A stretch of DNA of 64,000 nt from Alphaproteobacteria bacterium. Lineage in GTDB: Bacteria; Pseudomonadota; Alphaproteobacteria; RF32; CAG-239. A program made the translations under genes and the position numbers. The stretch spans positions 10,156 to 74,155 of the forward strand of contig JAEEYV010000039.1 in NCBI GenBank assembly GCA_016288295.1, given 5' to 3'. Below the pieces are notes generated by a model. That model did no database searches. It was not told the origin of the DNA and saw only the letters and a program-made list of their open reading frames with translations. This document shows positions 24,201-34,826 of this stretch, piece by piece. The first letter of the stretch is position 1, and each line of letters starts with the position of its first letter.

Positions 24201-24923
24201 CTATTTGCTAGCGTCAATTTTTGATTGAATAGCTGTCGGGGCAGATTGAACCAATTCACCATTAATAATCAATGATGGAACACCTTCAATCTGAATTTTC
24301 TCAGCCAAAGAATGGTTGTTTTCAAAAGCCGCATTTACTTTATCAGATTTCATATCAGCTTTCATCTTTTCAACATCAATACCAACTTTAGCAGCCAATT
24401 CATCAACTAATTTGTCATCCAATTGTTTTGGAGCACTAAACAGCTCTTTATGCAACTCACTAAATTTGCCCTGTTCATCAGCAGCCAAAACTGCACGAGC
24501 AGCATACTCAGAATACTGAGAAACATAAGCCAAAGGTCTGAACAAAACCTTTACATCTGTATTCTTAGCCAACAATTTATCCAATTCCGGATACAGTCTG
24601 CGGCAGTATCCGCAAGCATAGTCATAAAATTCAACCATAACAATCTTAGAATCAGCCGGACCTTGGAAAGGAGCATTATTTTCAGTCAATTTGGCTTCAT
24701 TTTCCTTAATCATAGCTTGATGTTTAGCTTCAGCTTCTTCTCTCATCTTTATTTCATATGCCTGCAAAGCTCCGACAACATATTCCGGATGATCTTTCAA
24801 AACCTGCTCTACATTAACTGGCGGGACAGGAGCAGTTTTATGTGTACATGGGAGATATTCTTTTACCAATGCGACAACAGCAACCAAAAGTGCTAAAATC
24901 GAAATAACTAATGATTTTTTCAT
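24201..24923 (-). CDS. DsbA-family thiol:disulfide oxidoreductase
   Basis: Signal anchor plus YACGYCRRL CxxC thioredoxin motif. C-terminal GVPSLIING. Confidence 0.85.
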   Translation of the reverse strand: MKKSLVISILALLVAVVALVKEYLPCTHKTAPVPPVNVEQVLKDHPEYVVGALQAYEIKMREEAEAKHQAMIKENEAKLTENNAPFQGPADSKIVMVEFYDYACGYCRRLYPELDKLLAKNTDVKVLFRPLAYVSQYSEYAARAVLAADEQGKFSELHKELFSAPKQLDDKLVDELAAKVGIDVEKMKADMKSDKVNAAFENNHSLAEKIQIEGVPSLIINGELVQSAPTAIQSKIDASK

Positions 24924-25066
24924 AACATATTCCTCAATTTGTGAATTAATTCATCTTAAGACAGGAGTCAATTTAACCAATCTTCAAGCAAATTACAAGC
25001 TAAAAATATTTATTGTTATTTAACCTTTATGTCCTATGTTTACAGCTATACTAACGGAGAAAAATA

Positions 25067-25726
25067 ATGTTCAAGATAAAAATTTCGCTTTTTCCCAAAA
25101 CCAAATCCCTTGAAAACAAAATTGACAGTTTTCATGATAAAGTCATCGATTCGGCCATACTTTTTCGCAAAGCGATTGAAGTCTTTTTAACCCCGAACAG
25201 CAAAGACGAATACCGTTCGGTCAACAAACAAATCAAACAAATTGAGCATGATGCTGACGGCCTGCGCCGTGAGATTGAAAACCAACTCTACGCCCAAAAT
25301 CTGCTCCCCAACCTTCAGGCTGACGTACTTGAGCTTATTGAAAGCATAGATAAGATCAATAATCAAATCAATGATGTTGCCTACAAAATTTATGTAGAAC
25401 AACCCGAAATTCCTAACAACCTGCACAGTTTGGTCAAAAACCTGTGTAAACAAGTTGCTGAGTGTTGTGAAAATATGGGAATAGCCTCACGAGCTTTTTT
25501 CAAAGATTTAAGTATTGTTCGTGACTACACCCACAAGGTTTATCTGATGGAACAAGAATCTGATTTAACCCGCAACGAAATAAAGAAGTCGATTTTTTCT
25601 TCCAATCTTCCGCTTGCTAACAAAATTCAACTTGATTTGTTGATTACCGAAATCGACCAAATCGCAGACATTGCTGAAGATTGCGCCGATAAATTGTTAA
25701 TCTTCGCAATCAAGAGAGATATCTGA
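25067..25726 (+). CDS. DUF47 / PhoU-like phosphate transport regulator
   Basis: Helical, about 215 aa, immediately upstream of and overlapping a PiT transporter gene. This is the canonical pairing. Confidence 0.75.
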   Translation: MFKIKISLFPKTKSLENKIDSFHDKVIDSAILFRKAIEVFLTPNSKDEYRSVNKQIKQIEHDADGLRREIENQLYAQNLLPNLQADVLELIESIDKINNQINDVAYKIYVEQPEIPNNLHSLVKNLCKQVAECCENMGIASRAFFKDLSIVRDYTHKVYLMEQESDLTRNEIKKSIFSSNLPLANKIQLDLLITEIDQIADIAEDCADKLLIFAIKRDI

Positions 25727-26775
25727 TGGGTGCCTTTATATTTTTCTTAAGTAGCGGACTTTTTCTAGGCTGGTCATTAGGTGCCAACGACGGAGCTAAT
25801 ATTTTTGGTACCGCTGTCGGAACCAGGATGTTGCGTTTTAGAACCGCTGCAATTATTGCTTCTATATTTATAGTTCTCGGTGCTGTTTTGGCCGGTAGCG
25901 GTGCCACCGATACCTTAAATGAACTTGGAAACATAAACACTCTTCCCGGAGCTTTTATGGCCGAACTCGCCGCCGCTATTACCATTTATCTTATGGTGCG
26001 TTCTCGCATTTTAACTTCTACCTCACAAGCCATCGTCGGAGCCATTATCGGTTGGAACATATATAGTGCCAAACCTACTGACTTATCTCTTGTATCAACT
26101 ATTGCCTCAACTTGGATAATTTGCCCGATTCTATCAGGTATCTTTGCTATAATAATCTATTATCTCACCAAAATGTTCCTTAAATTGCATTGTGTATCAT
26201 TGCTTAAACAAGATACATACACCCGTATCGGATTAATTATTGCCGGCGCTTTTGGAGCTTATGCTTTGGGAGCAAATAACATTGCCAACGTCATGGGCGT
26301 ATTTGTCGGAGCCAATATGCTTCATAGTTTGCCTTTACCCTATGGATTCTCATTATCACCTGAACAAGTTTTGTTCATGCTTGGTGCCATTGCCGTTGCC
26401 ATAGGAATTTTCACCTACTCTCACAAGACCATGGACATCGTCGGTCGTAATATCATGCAAATGAGTCCTATCGCCGCATGGATTATAGTTATATCCCAAT
26501 CATTGGTCTTGTTTTTATTCGCCTCACCTAACCTACACAGTTTTTTGATTGCACATAATCTTCCAACCATTCCTTTAGTGCCGGTTTCAAGTTCTCAAGC
26601 CGTAATCGGAGCAGTTATGTCTATTGGTTTAATAAAGGGTAGAAGTTCAATTAATTGGCATTTAATCAGAAAAATAATCACCGGTTGGATAGCCACCCCG
26701 ATAATCAGTGCATTAATTTGTTATATTTCACTATTTGTACTGGCAAATGTTTTCAATTTACAGGTATATAACTAA
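25726..26775 (+). CDS. PiT family inorganic phosphate transporter
   Basis: GANDGANIFGTAVG and a second GANNIANVMG signature repeat. Polytopic. Confidence 0.9.
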   Translation: MGAFIFFLSSGLFLGWSLGANDGANIFGTAVGTRMLRFRTAAIIASIFIVLGAVLAGSGATDTLNELGNINTLPGAFMAELAAAITIYLMVRSRILTSTSQAIVGAIIGWNIYSAKPTDLSLVSTIASTWIICPILSGIFAIIIYYLTKMFLKLHCVSLLKQDTYTRIGLIIAGAFGAYALGANNIANVMGVFVGANMLHSLPLPYGFSLSPEQVLFMLGAIAVAIGIFTYSHKTMDIVGRNIMQMSPIAAWIIVISQSLVLFLFASPNLHSFLIAHNLPTIPLVPVSSSQAVIGAVMSIGLIKGRSSINWHLIRKIITGWIATPIISALICYISLFVLANVFNLQVYN

Positions 26776-26778
26776 ATA

Positions 26779-27219
26779 TTATTCGCGGTGATAAGGATGT
26801 CCGGCAATTATCGTTTGAATTCGATAAATTTGCTCCGCCAATACAGCCCTCATCAATATATGAGGCAGAGTCAATTTACCAAAAGATAATATTAAATCGG
26901 CTTTATCTCTCGTCGATTGTAAATGTCCGTCCGCTCCACCTATCAAAAAACAAACCTCAGAGCATCCGTTAAGTTGCCAATCTGCAACTCTTTCGGCCAA
27001 TTCAAGGCTCTTAATATTTACTCCTCGCTCATCTAACACAACAACTTTTGCGCCATGAGGAATTGCCGCTTGCAAAAACTTGGCTTCTTCTTCCTGATTA
27101 GAATTATCTGCCTCTTTTATCACTATATTCCAACTTGAGCGTTTAATATACTCGTCAATCAAAGTTCTTTCTGCAGAACCTTTTTTACATTTTCCGATTG
27201 CGGCAATTGTAACTTTCAT
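26779..27219 (-). CDS. rlmH: 23S rRNA (pseudouridine1915-N3)-methyltransferase RlmH
   Basis: MKVTIAAIGK start, SPOUT C-terminus LSFGKLTLPHILMRAVLAEQIYR...HPYHR. Confidence 0.9.
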   Translation of the reverse strand: MKVTIAAIGKCKKGSAERTLIDEYIKRSSWNIVIKEADNSNQEEEAKFLQAAIPHGAKVVVLDERGVNIKSLELAERVADWQLNGCSEVCFLIGGADGHLQSTRDKADLILSFGKLTLPHILMRAVLAEQIYRIQTIIAGHPYHRE

Positions 27220-27221
27220 AC

Positions 27222-27572
27222 TTATTCTTCTCGCATATTCGCTACTGCATTCCACATTTTTTCAAGATTATAAAACTCGCGAACTTCCGGTCTGAAAATA
27301 TGGACAATTACATCATATGCATCAATCAAAACCCAATCGCCTTTTTCTTCTCCTTCACTCACCGATTTATAACCGGCAGCTTTCAAATTTTCCTGCACTC
27401 TTTGTGCCAAAGAAACCACATGACGATCTGATGTTCCCGATGCAACCACCATCTCATTGGCAATAGAAGTTTTACCACGCAAATCAATTACGACAACATC
27501 TTCTGCTTTACCATCATCAAGCGATTCTTCAACAATTTTCAAAATCTTATCTTCTTCTTTTTTCTTCACCAA
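27222..27572 (-). CDS. rsfS: ribosome silencing factor RsfS
   Basis: LDDGKAEDVVVIDL...DWVLIDAYDVIVHIF...REFYNLEKMW. Confidence 0.92.
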   Translation of the reverse strand: MVKKKEEDKILKIVEESLDDGKAEDVVVIDLRGKTSIANEMVVASGTSDRHVVSLAQRVQENLKAAGYKSVSEGEEKGDWVLIDAYDVIVHIFRPEVREFYNLEKMWNAVANMREE

Positions 27573-27590
27573 TGTTCTAATCCTCTCTAA

Positions 27591-28694
<1,104 letters not shown>

Positions 28695-28716
28695 TCCACC
28701 GTAAAGATTACATCAA

Positions 28717-28968
28717 CTATTCGGTAACAACTGAAACAAAAGTCTTATCACCTGATTTTCTAAAAGCAACTTTGCCCTCTACCAAAGCGAAAATAGTATG
28801 ATCTTTACCCATACCAACATTTTCACCCGGGTGATATTTAGTGCCACGTTGACGAATAATGATATTTCCTGCAATAACAGCCTGACCGCCAGACTTTTTC
28901 AAGCCCAAACGACGACCTTCGGTATCGCGTCCGTTATCACTGCTACCGCCAGATTTCTTATGTGCCAT
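28717..28968 (-). CDS. rpmA: 50S ribosomal protein L27
   Basis: [10 protein letters not shown]...[15 protein letters not shown]. Confidence 0.97.
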   Translation of the reverse strand: MAHKKSGGSSDNGRDTEGRRLGLKKSGGQAVIAGNIIIRQRGTKYHPGENVGMGKDHTIFALVEGKVAFRKSGDKTFVSVVTE

Positions 28969-28997
28969 AACTTATCTCCTCTTCAACTTTCTATCGA

Positions 28998-29303
28998 TTA
29001 AGCGATTTCGCCAATTTTAACGATAGTAATGTTCTGTCTGTGGCCGTTTTTACGACGATAGTTCTGTCTTCTTTTCTTTTTGAAAACAATAACCTTATCA
29101 GCCTTAGCCTGTTTAATAATGGTTGCATTAACCGATGCACCGGCAACCAAAGGAGTTCCGACGACATCGCCTTTTGCTAACACTTCGCCGAAAACAACTT
29201 TTCCGCCTTCTTCACCAGCGATTTTTTCGATTTTTATAACATCGCCAGAAGCTACTTTATATTGTTTTCCGCCTGTTCTAATTACTGCGTACATTTTCTT
29301 CAC
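28998..29303 (-). CDS. rplU: 50S ribosomal protein L21
   Basis: MYAVIRTGGKQYKV. The true start may be the ATG at 29294. Confidence 0.95.
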   Translation of the reverse strand: MKKMYAVIRTGGKQYKVASGDVIKIEKIAGEEGGKVVFGEVLAKGDVVGTPLVAGASVNATIIKQAKADKVIVFKKKRRQNYRRKNGHRQNITIVKIGEIA

Positions 29304-29393
29304 CTAATTTATTTTGATTATTTAAACACAAAACGTTGTTTGCAATATACATAAGTTTTTTTTGCTGTCAACAACATTTTCAATAAAAATTAA

Positions 29394-29897
29394 CTATTCT
29401 CGCCTGTTTTTAAAACGAAATAGTTCAGGACGCATAAATTTTCCTTGCCAAACGCCACGTTTATCCTTTTTTGCTACCGCCTCCGCTCTTTCATAAATAC
29501 CGTCTTCATCACGATAAGCAACAGCCCAACCGGCCAACACCATAGCCTCATTTAAATTTTGCTTGCCCGAATAACATTCTGACAAGCTACGTTTATATCT
29601 GTCTTTTGATATTTCATGACACTCTATATTTCCTTGAGCAATCAACTTTTCCATATATTTTTTGGCCTTAATGCCGCAAGAATACTTTTTATGTTGCTTG
29701 TCATAACAATTTTGCACATATTCTGGCGAGTCGATACCAAACAGTCTTATTCTCTTGCTGCCTATTTCCAAACTATCACCATCTACAACCTTGATTCTTT
29801 CATTGGCATTTACTTTTACGACACCCGCACTCACTCCCAAATACCAAATGCCAACGATTAGTATCACAAAAATTAAAATTCTCAATATTTTCCACAT
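29394..29897 (-). CDS. thermonuclease (staphylococcal nuclease, SNase) family protein with N-terminal membrane anchor
   Basis: VVDGDSLEI...IRLFGIDSPE...RYKRSLSECY...LAGWAVAY. Confidence 0.85.
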   Translation of the reverse strand: MWKILRILIFVILIVGIWYLGVSAGVVKVNANERIKVVDGDSLEIGSKRIRLFGIDSPEYVQNCYDKQHKKYSCGIKAKKYMEKLIAQGNIECHEISKDRYKRSLSECYSGKQNLNEAMVLAGWAVAYRDEDGIYERAEAVAKKDKRGVWQGKFMRPELFRFKNRRE

Positions 29898-30050
29898 TGC
29901 TACACTCCTTGAAAGCGAGTATAATTTAACCGCTTAAATTATGCAAACCCTAAATTATCATTTAATAAACTTAAAAAACTCTTGGTTGTTTGTGTTTTTT
30001 ATTTTATTATAAGCCCAGTTTTTGAAATTAATAATTGAGGATTCAAAGTC

Positions 30051-30914
30051 GTGTCTAGGTTAAAAGCCCTTACTTTGTTTGGTTTAGTTTTGTTTACCGT
30101 CAGCAACTGCAGTTTTTGGAACCGCAGTCTTCAAGATGTCATCAATGATCCTTTTGATTATCAACACACAACTTATGGTGTTAAACGCAGTGTTTATATG
30201 GCTCCGCTACAAATGCCGCGCAATGTTATTGTATGTCGCGCTAAACAATGCGCTCCTCTCAAAATTTCAACTTCCAAAGAATATATATACAACAGCTTGG
30301 TACAATTAATGCAAAATAATAATAACGAAAAAGCCTTGCTTTGTACTGCGGATACCGGCACACACAACTGTTACATGAATTATGTTTCTTTGCCGATTAC
30401 CGTTGGTATCACTCCTGCTTATATGTATATCGATTATGTAAAAATCAGTGATGTACATATTTCTAAAGGAAATTCTTCCATCAAACTGTTACTCAATTAT
30501 AATGTAACATATAATGGTCAAACTCCTGATTGTGCCCCGGATAGTACATTAATGTTTGTTAAAAATACCGACAACATCGTTATGGAAGATGATGGATACC
30601 AGTGCAAAATGACCACAATTGGCACCACTACAATCAAAACCCTGTTCTTGGTTGACTATATTGATTTGGATTATGGCTTTATCGGTGGATACTATTCAAT
30701 CGGTCTTTCCGGTCCGGCATACGGCGGTGGCAGCGGTTATATGTTATTACGTCTGCAAAAGATGTCTTATCCGTTAAAAGCAAACTTTGTAGCTCCGCCG
30801 GAAAAAACAAAGGCTCAGAAAAAGGCTGATGAATATATGCAAGCTCCTGCAAATGCTGAAGCCGAAAGCAAAACAACAAAGGGAGTACAAGTATTTCCAA
30901 TCAATAAAAAGTAA
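30051..30914 (+). CDS. hypothetical lipoprotein, 287 aa (GTG start)
   Basis: Signal peptide with lipobox VSNC. No family recognised. Confidence 0.55.
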   Translation: MSRLKALTLFGLVLFTVSNCSFWNRSLQDVINDPFDYQHTTYGVKRSVYMAPLQMPRNVIVCRAKQCAPLKISTSKEYIYNSLVQLMQNNNNEKALLCTADTGTHNCYMNYVSLPITVGITPAYMYIDYVKISDVHISKGNSSIKLLLNYNVTYNGQTPDCAPDSTLMFVKNTDNIVMEDDGYQCKMTTIGTTTIKTLFLVDYIDLDYGFIGGYYSIGLSGPAYGGGSGYMLLRLQKMSYPLKANFVAPPEKTKAQKKADEYMQAPANAEAESKTTKGVQVFPINKK

Positions 30915-30930
30915 ATCTTAATACTACAAC

Positions 30931-30959
30931 AAAAAACGCTGCCGACCGCAGCGTTTTTT
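30931..30959. terminator. bidirectional intrinsic terminator
   Basis: acgctgc / gcagcgt stem, A6 before and T6 after. Confidence 0.8.
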
Positions 30960-30972
30960 ATTTACACTCTAT

Positions 30973-31812
30973 CTACTCACTCTTCATTTTATACGAGCAG
31001 TATCTTGGTTGCTCATAAACAATAACACGCAAAATTCGCTCAAACGAACAGGTCTTGCTTCCGTAGATAATCTTTCCGTCCTGACACGGCATCTCACCAT
31101 GACGTTCTTGATACTCTTTCAAATCACGCAGGCTCATAAACACACCGTTATCAAAAAAGACATTCCAACCATACGCAGAACGAACATCAACATGAATAAC
31201 ACGAATTGTTTTATCACTATCCAAAAACTCAGGCATATTATCAACCGATATTCTATAACTTTTATCTCTTAAAGAACCGCTATACCAATTCATAATCTCT
31301 TGCTGGCGTTCACTATCATTTTCATCAAAATCAGTATCATTTACTGTTGAAGCTTGCATCAAAGGTGGTTTTTCTTCGGCCAATTGATTAACCGCCACCT
31401 CGGAAGCCGAAACATTAACATTTGCCTGCTGATCATGATTTGTCACAATTTGCATACCGGTAGCTTTTCCAGCCCTTGCAGCCTTATACGAATTTAAGGC
31501 CGCATCAAAATCACTCATATTCAGGCTTGCAAAATCACCTTCCTGCGCTTGCGATAACTTTGCTACTTCCGTAATTTCTTCAGCTTCTTCTTCTTTTTCG
31601 GTTTCCTTATTCTCCGATACGATTTCATCAACCGTCAAAGATGTATCATCAACGCTCTCTTCTGCGCTATTATTAAATGGCGATGCATCTTGCAAAACAA
31701 CATCAGAATTAACATCCGACAAAAAATCATCAAGCCCGGATTCCTTAATATCATCCAAACTTATATCATTTTCAGCAACCATGTTATCCAAATCATCATC
31801 AAGCATTTTCAA
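30973..31812 (-). CDS. hypothetical protein, 279 aa, highly acidic N-terminal half
   Basis: ORF in the track. No family recognised. Confidence 0.55.
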   Translation of the reverse strand: MKMLDDDLDNMVAENDISLDDIKESGLDDFLSDVNSDVVLQDASPFNNSAEESVDDTSLTVDEIVSENKETEKEEEAEEITEVAKLSQAQEGDFASLNMSDFDAALNSYKAARAGKATGMQIVTNHDQQANVNVSASEVAVNQLAEEKPPLMQASTVNDTDFDENDSERQQEIMNWYSGSLRDKSYRISVDNMPEFLDSDKTIRVIHVDVRSAYGWNVFFDNGVFMSLRDLKEYQERHGEMPCQDGKIIYGSKTCSFERILRVIVYEQPRYCSYKMKSE

Positions 31813-31909
31813 ATTCCTTATAATAACTCTTAGACTATTTATACCTTACAATTTTCAAACTCAACACCGAATGTTCACTTAACGAAAAACATATTTTCGG
31901 ACATGCGAA

Positions 31910-33280
31910 TTATAAGGGAATACTAATGAGTACCCTCAAGCCTCCCATAGCTGAATCTTGCAGTTCGATTTTTCCACCATGAGATGTAATCACATCCTTA
32001 GCAATTGAAAGTCCCAGTCCAACACCTCCGGTTTCTTTATTCCTTGATTCTTCCAAACGATAAAACGCCTTAAACACGTCCTCACGCTTATCCTCAGGAA
32101 TTCCCGGACCGTCATCATCTACACTAATTTCTACTTTATTGCCGACACTTTCCAAATTGACTGCAATCGTCTTTGCGTACTTAAAGGCATTACCGATAAC
32201 ATTGCTCAAAGCTCGTTTTAATGCCTGCTCTCTTCCTTGTACCGCACTCACCTGATCATTTGTAGAATAACGGATTAAAGCTTTATTTGAAGTTCTGAAC
32301 TTATTAATAATACTCAAGATCATCTCATTCAAATCAACAAAAGTTGGTTCTTCTCCGCCTTCTCCACTAACGAATGACAGGTAACCCTCAAGCATTTTTT
32401 CCATCTCGGTTACATCTTGCAAAAACTCTTCTTTATCAATTCCATCTTTAGTCTTTTCATCAGGCAACAAAGCCAATTGCAATTTCATTCTTGTCAACGG
32501 TGTGCGCAAATCATGCGAAACTCCGGCCAACATTCGTGTACGCTCGCTAATTTGACGCTGTATACGTTCTTTCATTTTTATAAAAGCAATACCTGCCTTA
32601 CGCACTTCAGATGAACCATACGGTTTAAAGCTTTTATCATCAACGCCTTTACCAAAATTTTCTGCCGCTTCAGCCAGGTTGGCAATTGAACGTACCTGAA
32701 TACGCAAAAAACCGACCGCAACAACAAAAAGCAACAAAGATGTTCCTACCATCCATGCCATAAATCCAAAAATAGATGTAGAAAAAATATTTTTTGAACT
32801 GGTTGTAAATTCATATAAAGCATCGGCTGTTTCAATAAACACCAATAAATTATTATGTTTTAAATAAATACTGGTAATGTCATCCGGAAATTCTTTATTA
32901 AGTGATTCTTCCAAAAACCCCGTAATCATTTTATTATTACGGCGCACCTTGCGAATAACATCATGCTTTTCATCATTGCTATAATACTTAAAACCCAAAT
33001 CATAATGCTGCAAAGCCAGTCTCTGAATTTCATCAATATTTTCGGGAGCCTCTTCTGCCAACTTCATTGTAAAAGCCATATTAGAAGTCAAATTACTTGA
33101 CAATCTTCGACCAACTCTGCCCCATGAGCCATCAAAAAAAGCTACTATTGACACAATCTGCACTACAATAAGTGGTATAAAGATCAACAGCATCGTTCTA
33201 AAAAACAATGTTTTTGGCATATACTTAATACGCACATATCTCAAGATATCGTCAACTTTATTTGGCAGTTTCAAATGCAT
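31910..33280 (-). CDS. two-component sensor histidine kinase (EnvZ/ChvG-like: 2 TM, HAMP, HisKA, HATPase_c)
   Basis: H-box GVSHDLRTPLT, N-box NVIGNAFKY, G-boxes DDDGPGI and GGVGLGLSI. Confidence 0.92.
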   Translation of the reverse strand: MHLKLPNKVDDILRYVRIKYMPKTLFFRTMLLIFIPLIVVQIVSIVAFFDGSWGRVGRRLSSNLTSNMAFTMKLAEEAPENIDEIQRLALQHYDLGFKYYSNDEKHDVIRKVRRNNKMITGFLEESLNKEFPDDITSIYLKHNNLLVFIETADALYEFTTSSKNIFSTSIFGFMAWMVGTSLLLFVVAVGFLRIQVRSIANLAEAAENFGKGVDDKSFKPYGSSEVRKAGIAFIKMKERIQRQISERTRMLAGVSHDLRTPLTRMKLQLALLPDEKTKDGIDKEEFLQDVTEMEKMLEGYLSFVSGEGGEEPTFVDLNEMILSIINKFRTSNKALIRYSTNDQVSAVQGREQALKRALSNVIGNAFKYAKTIAVNLESVGNKVEISVDDDGPGIPEDKREDVFKAFYRLEESRNKETGGVGLGLSIAKDVITSHGGKIELQDSAMGGLRVLISIPL

Positions 33281-33293
33281 TATTTTTCTCCGT

Positions 33294-33983
33294 TTACTCC
33301 GTCAACAACATGTATCCTTTGCCTCTGACCGTCTGCAGATAGCGAGGATTTTTTGAATCTTTTTCAATTTTTTTGCGCAACCTTGTAACCTGTACATCAA
33401 TTGAACGAGGACCTTGCCCGGCCCCCAACAATTCCGCCAACTTGTCGCGACTAAATATCTGTCCTGATTTTTGCCCCAACAATGACAACATTGCCTGTTC
33501 CACCGGTGTAATATGAATAATCTGTCCTTGCTTATTGGTTAGCTCCTTTTTCTCCAAGTCATACCAACACAATCCCAAGTTCAATTTACTGTTTCCAGTT
33601 TCATCATCTTGTGGCGTACGTTTCAAAATATTTTTAATCCGCAACACCAGCTCCTTTGGTTCAAACGGTTTAGGAAGATAATCGTCGGCGCCACGTTCCA
33701 AACCATTAATTCTGTCGCCACTTTCCCCCATAGCAGTCAACAAAATTACTGGAACATTATCTTCTTTGCGCAACTTATCCAAAAACTCTAAACCGCTCTC
33801 TCCCGGCATCATAATATCAACAATCAATAAATCAAACTTATACTGCTTCAACATCGCCCTAGCTTCTGGTGCTCCTTTAGCAGAAGATACCATAAAATCG
33901 CTCTCCCTTAAAAATCTTGTTAAGAGAGAGCGTAATCTGGTATCATCATCAACTACCAAAATGTGGGCTTTTTTGTTGATCAT
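33294..33983 (-). CDS. OmpR-family response regulator
   Basis: Receiver domain (ILVVDDD...DLLIVDIMMPG...K) plus winged-helix C-terminus (IDVQVTRLRKKIE...LQTVRGKGY). Confidence 0.93.
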   Translation of the reverse strand: MINKKAHILVVDDDTRLRSLLTRFLRESDFMVSSAKGAPEARAMLKQYKFDLLIVDIMMPGESGLEFLDKLRKEDNVPVILLTAMGESGDRINGLERGADDYLPKPFEPKELVLRIKNILKRTPQDDETGNSKLNLGLCWYDLEKKELTNKQGQIIHITPVEQAMLSLLGQKSGQIFSRDKLAELLGAGQGPRSIDVQVTRLRKKIEKDSKNPRYLQTVRGKGYMLLTE

Positions 33984-33998
33984 TTCTGATCTCCGAAA

Positions 33999-34775
33999 TT
34001 ATTTTTCGGCAACTGGTGCCTTAGGCTCTGCCTTTTTAACGGAACTTTTGGCTTTCTTCTTAGCAACAGAAGATTTTTTAGTTACCGGCTTGGCAGGAGA
34101 TTTTGTTATATTTTTCTTTTGAGCCTGCTGTTTTACTTTTTCAGAAACAGCGGTTTTAACTTTTTCGGCAATTTTAATAACTTCTTGTTCAACAGCCTTA
34201 ACCGGATTCTTTTTGTTATTTTCAACTGTATAAATATAATCTATACATTTTTCAAAGTATTGATATCCAGTAACAAAAGTCAAGATACCGGCAATCCACA
34301 ACAACCATTCGCCGACAAAACCAACCACATCTCCGATAACATAAAGATGCTGCAACAAAATCATCGAGATTGCAGTCATTTGGCAGGCAGTTTTCCACTT
34401 AGCCAAACGTGTAACCGGCATACCAACACGGAATTCTGCCAAAAACTCACGCATACCCGAAACCAATACTTCTCGGCACATTATGATAATAACCGGAATA
34501 TATGTAACCGGACTAACCATACGGTTGGCAACAATAATCAACAACGCCGAAACCACCAAAAGCTTGTCAGCGATTGGATCAAGTAAGCGTCCCAGAACAG
34601 AATTTTGGTTACGTGAACGAGCAAAATACCCGTCCAAATAATCCGTGATTGATGCAATCACAAACAGAACACCCGCAAAAATTGACCATAATGCAGAATG
34701 AATATAAATAGCTAAAAAGATAACAGGGATAACGACAATTCGCGAAATTGTCAAAATATTAGGAAGATTATACAT
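33999..34775 (-). CDS. pgsA: CDP-diacylglycerol--glycerol-3-phosphate 3-phosphatidyltransferase with a ~70-aa Lys/Ala-rich C-terminal extension
   Basis: CDP-alcohol transferase motif DYLDGYFAR...G...DPIADK. The tail has KKNITKSPAKPVTKKSSVAKKKAKSSVKKAEPKAPVAEK. Confidence 0.88.
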   Translation of the reverse strand: MYNLPNILTISRIVVIPVIFLAIYIHSALWSIFAGVLFVIASITDYLDGYFARSRNQNSVLGRLLDPIADKLLVVSALLIIVANRMVSPVTYIPVIIIMCREVLVSGMREFLAEFRVGMPVTRLAKWKTACQMTAISMILLQHLYVIGDVVGFVGEWLLWIAGILTFVTGYQYFEKCIDYIYTVENNKKNPVKAVEQEVIKIAEKVKTAVSEKVKQQAQKKNITKSPAKPVTKKSSVAKKKAKSSVKKAEPKAPVAEK

Positions 34776-34826
34776 AATTTTGCACCTATCTGTTAATTAA
34801 CACACCCTAATAATATTGCATATTTT

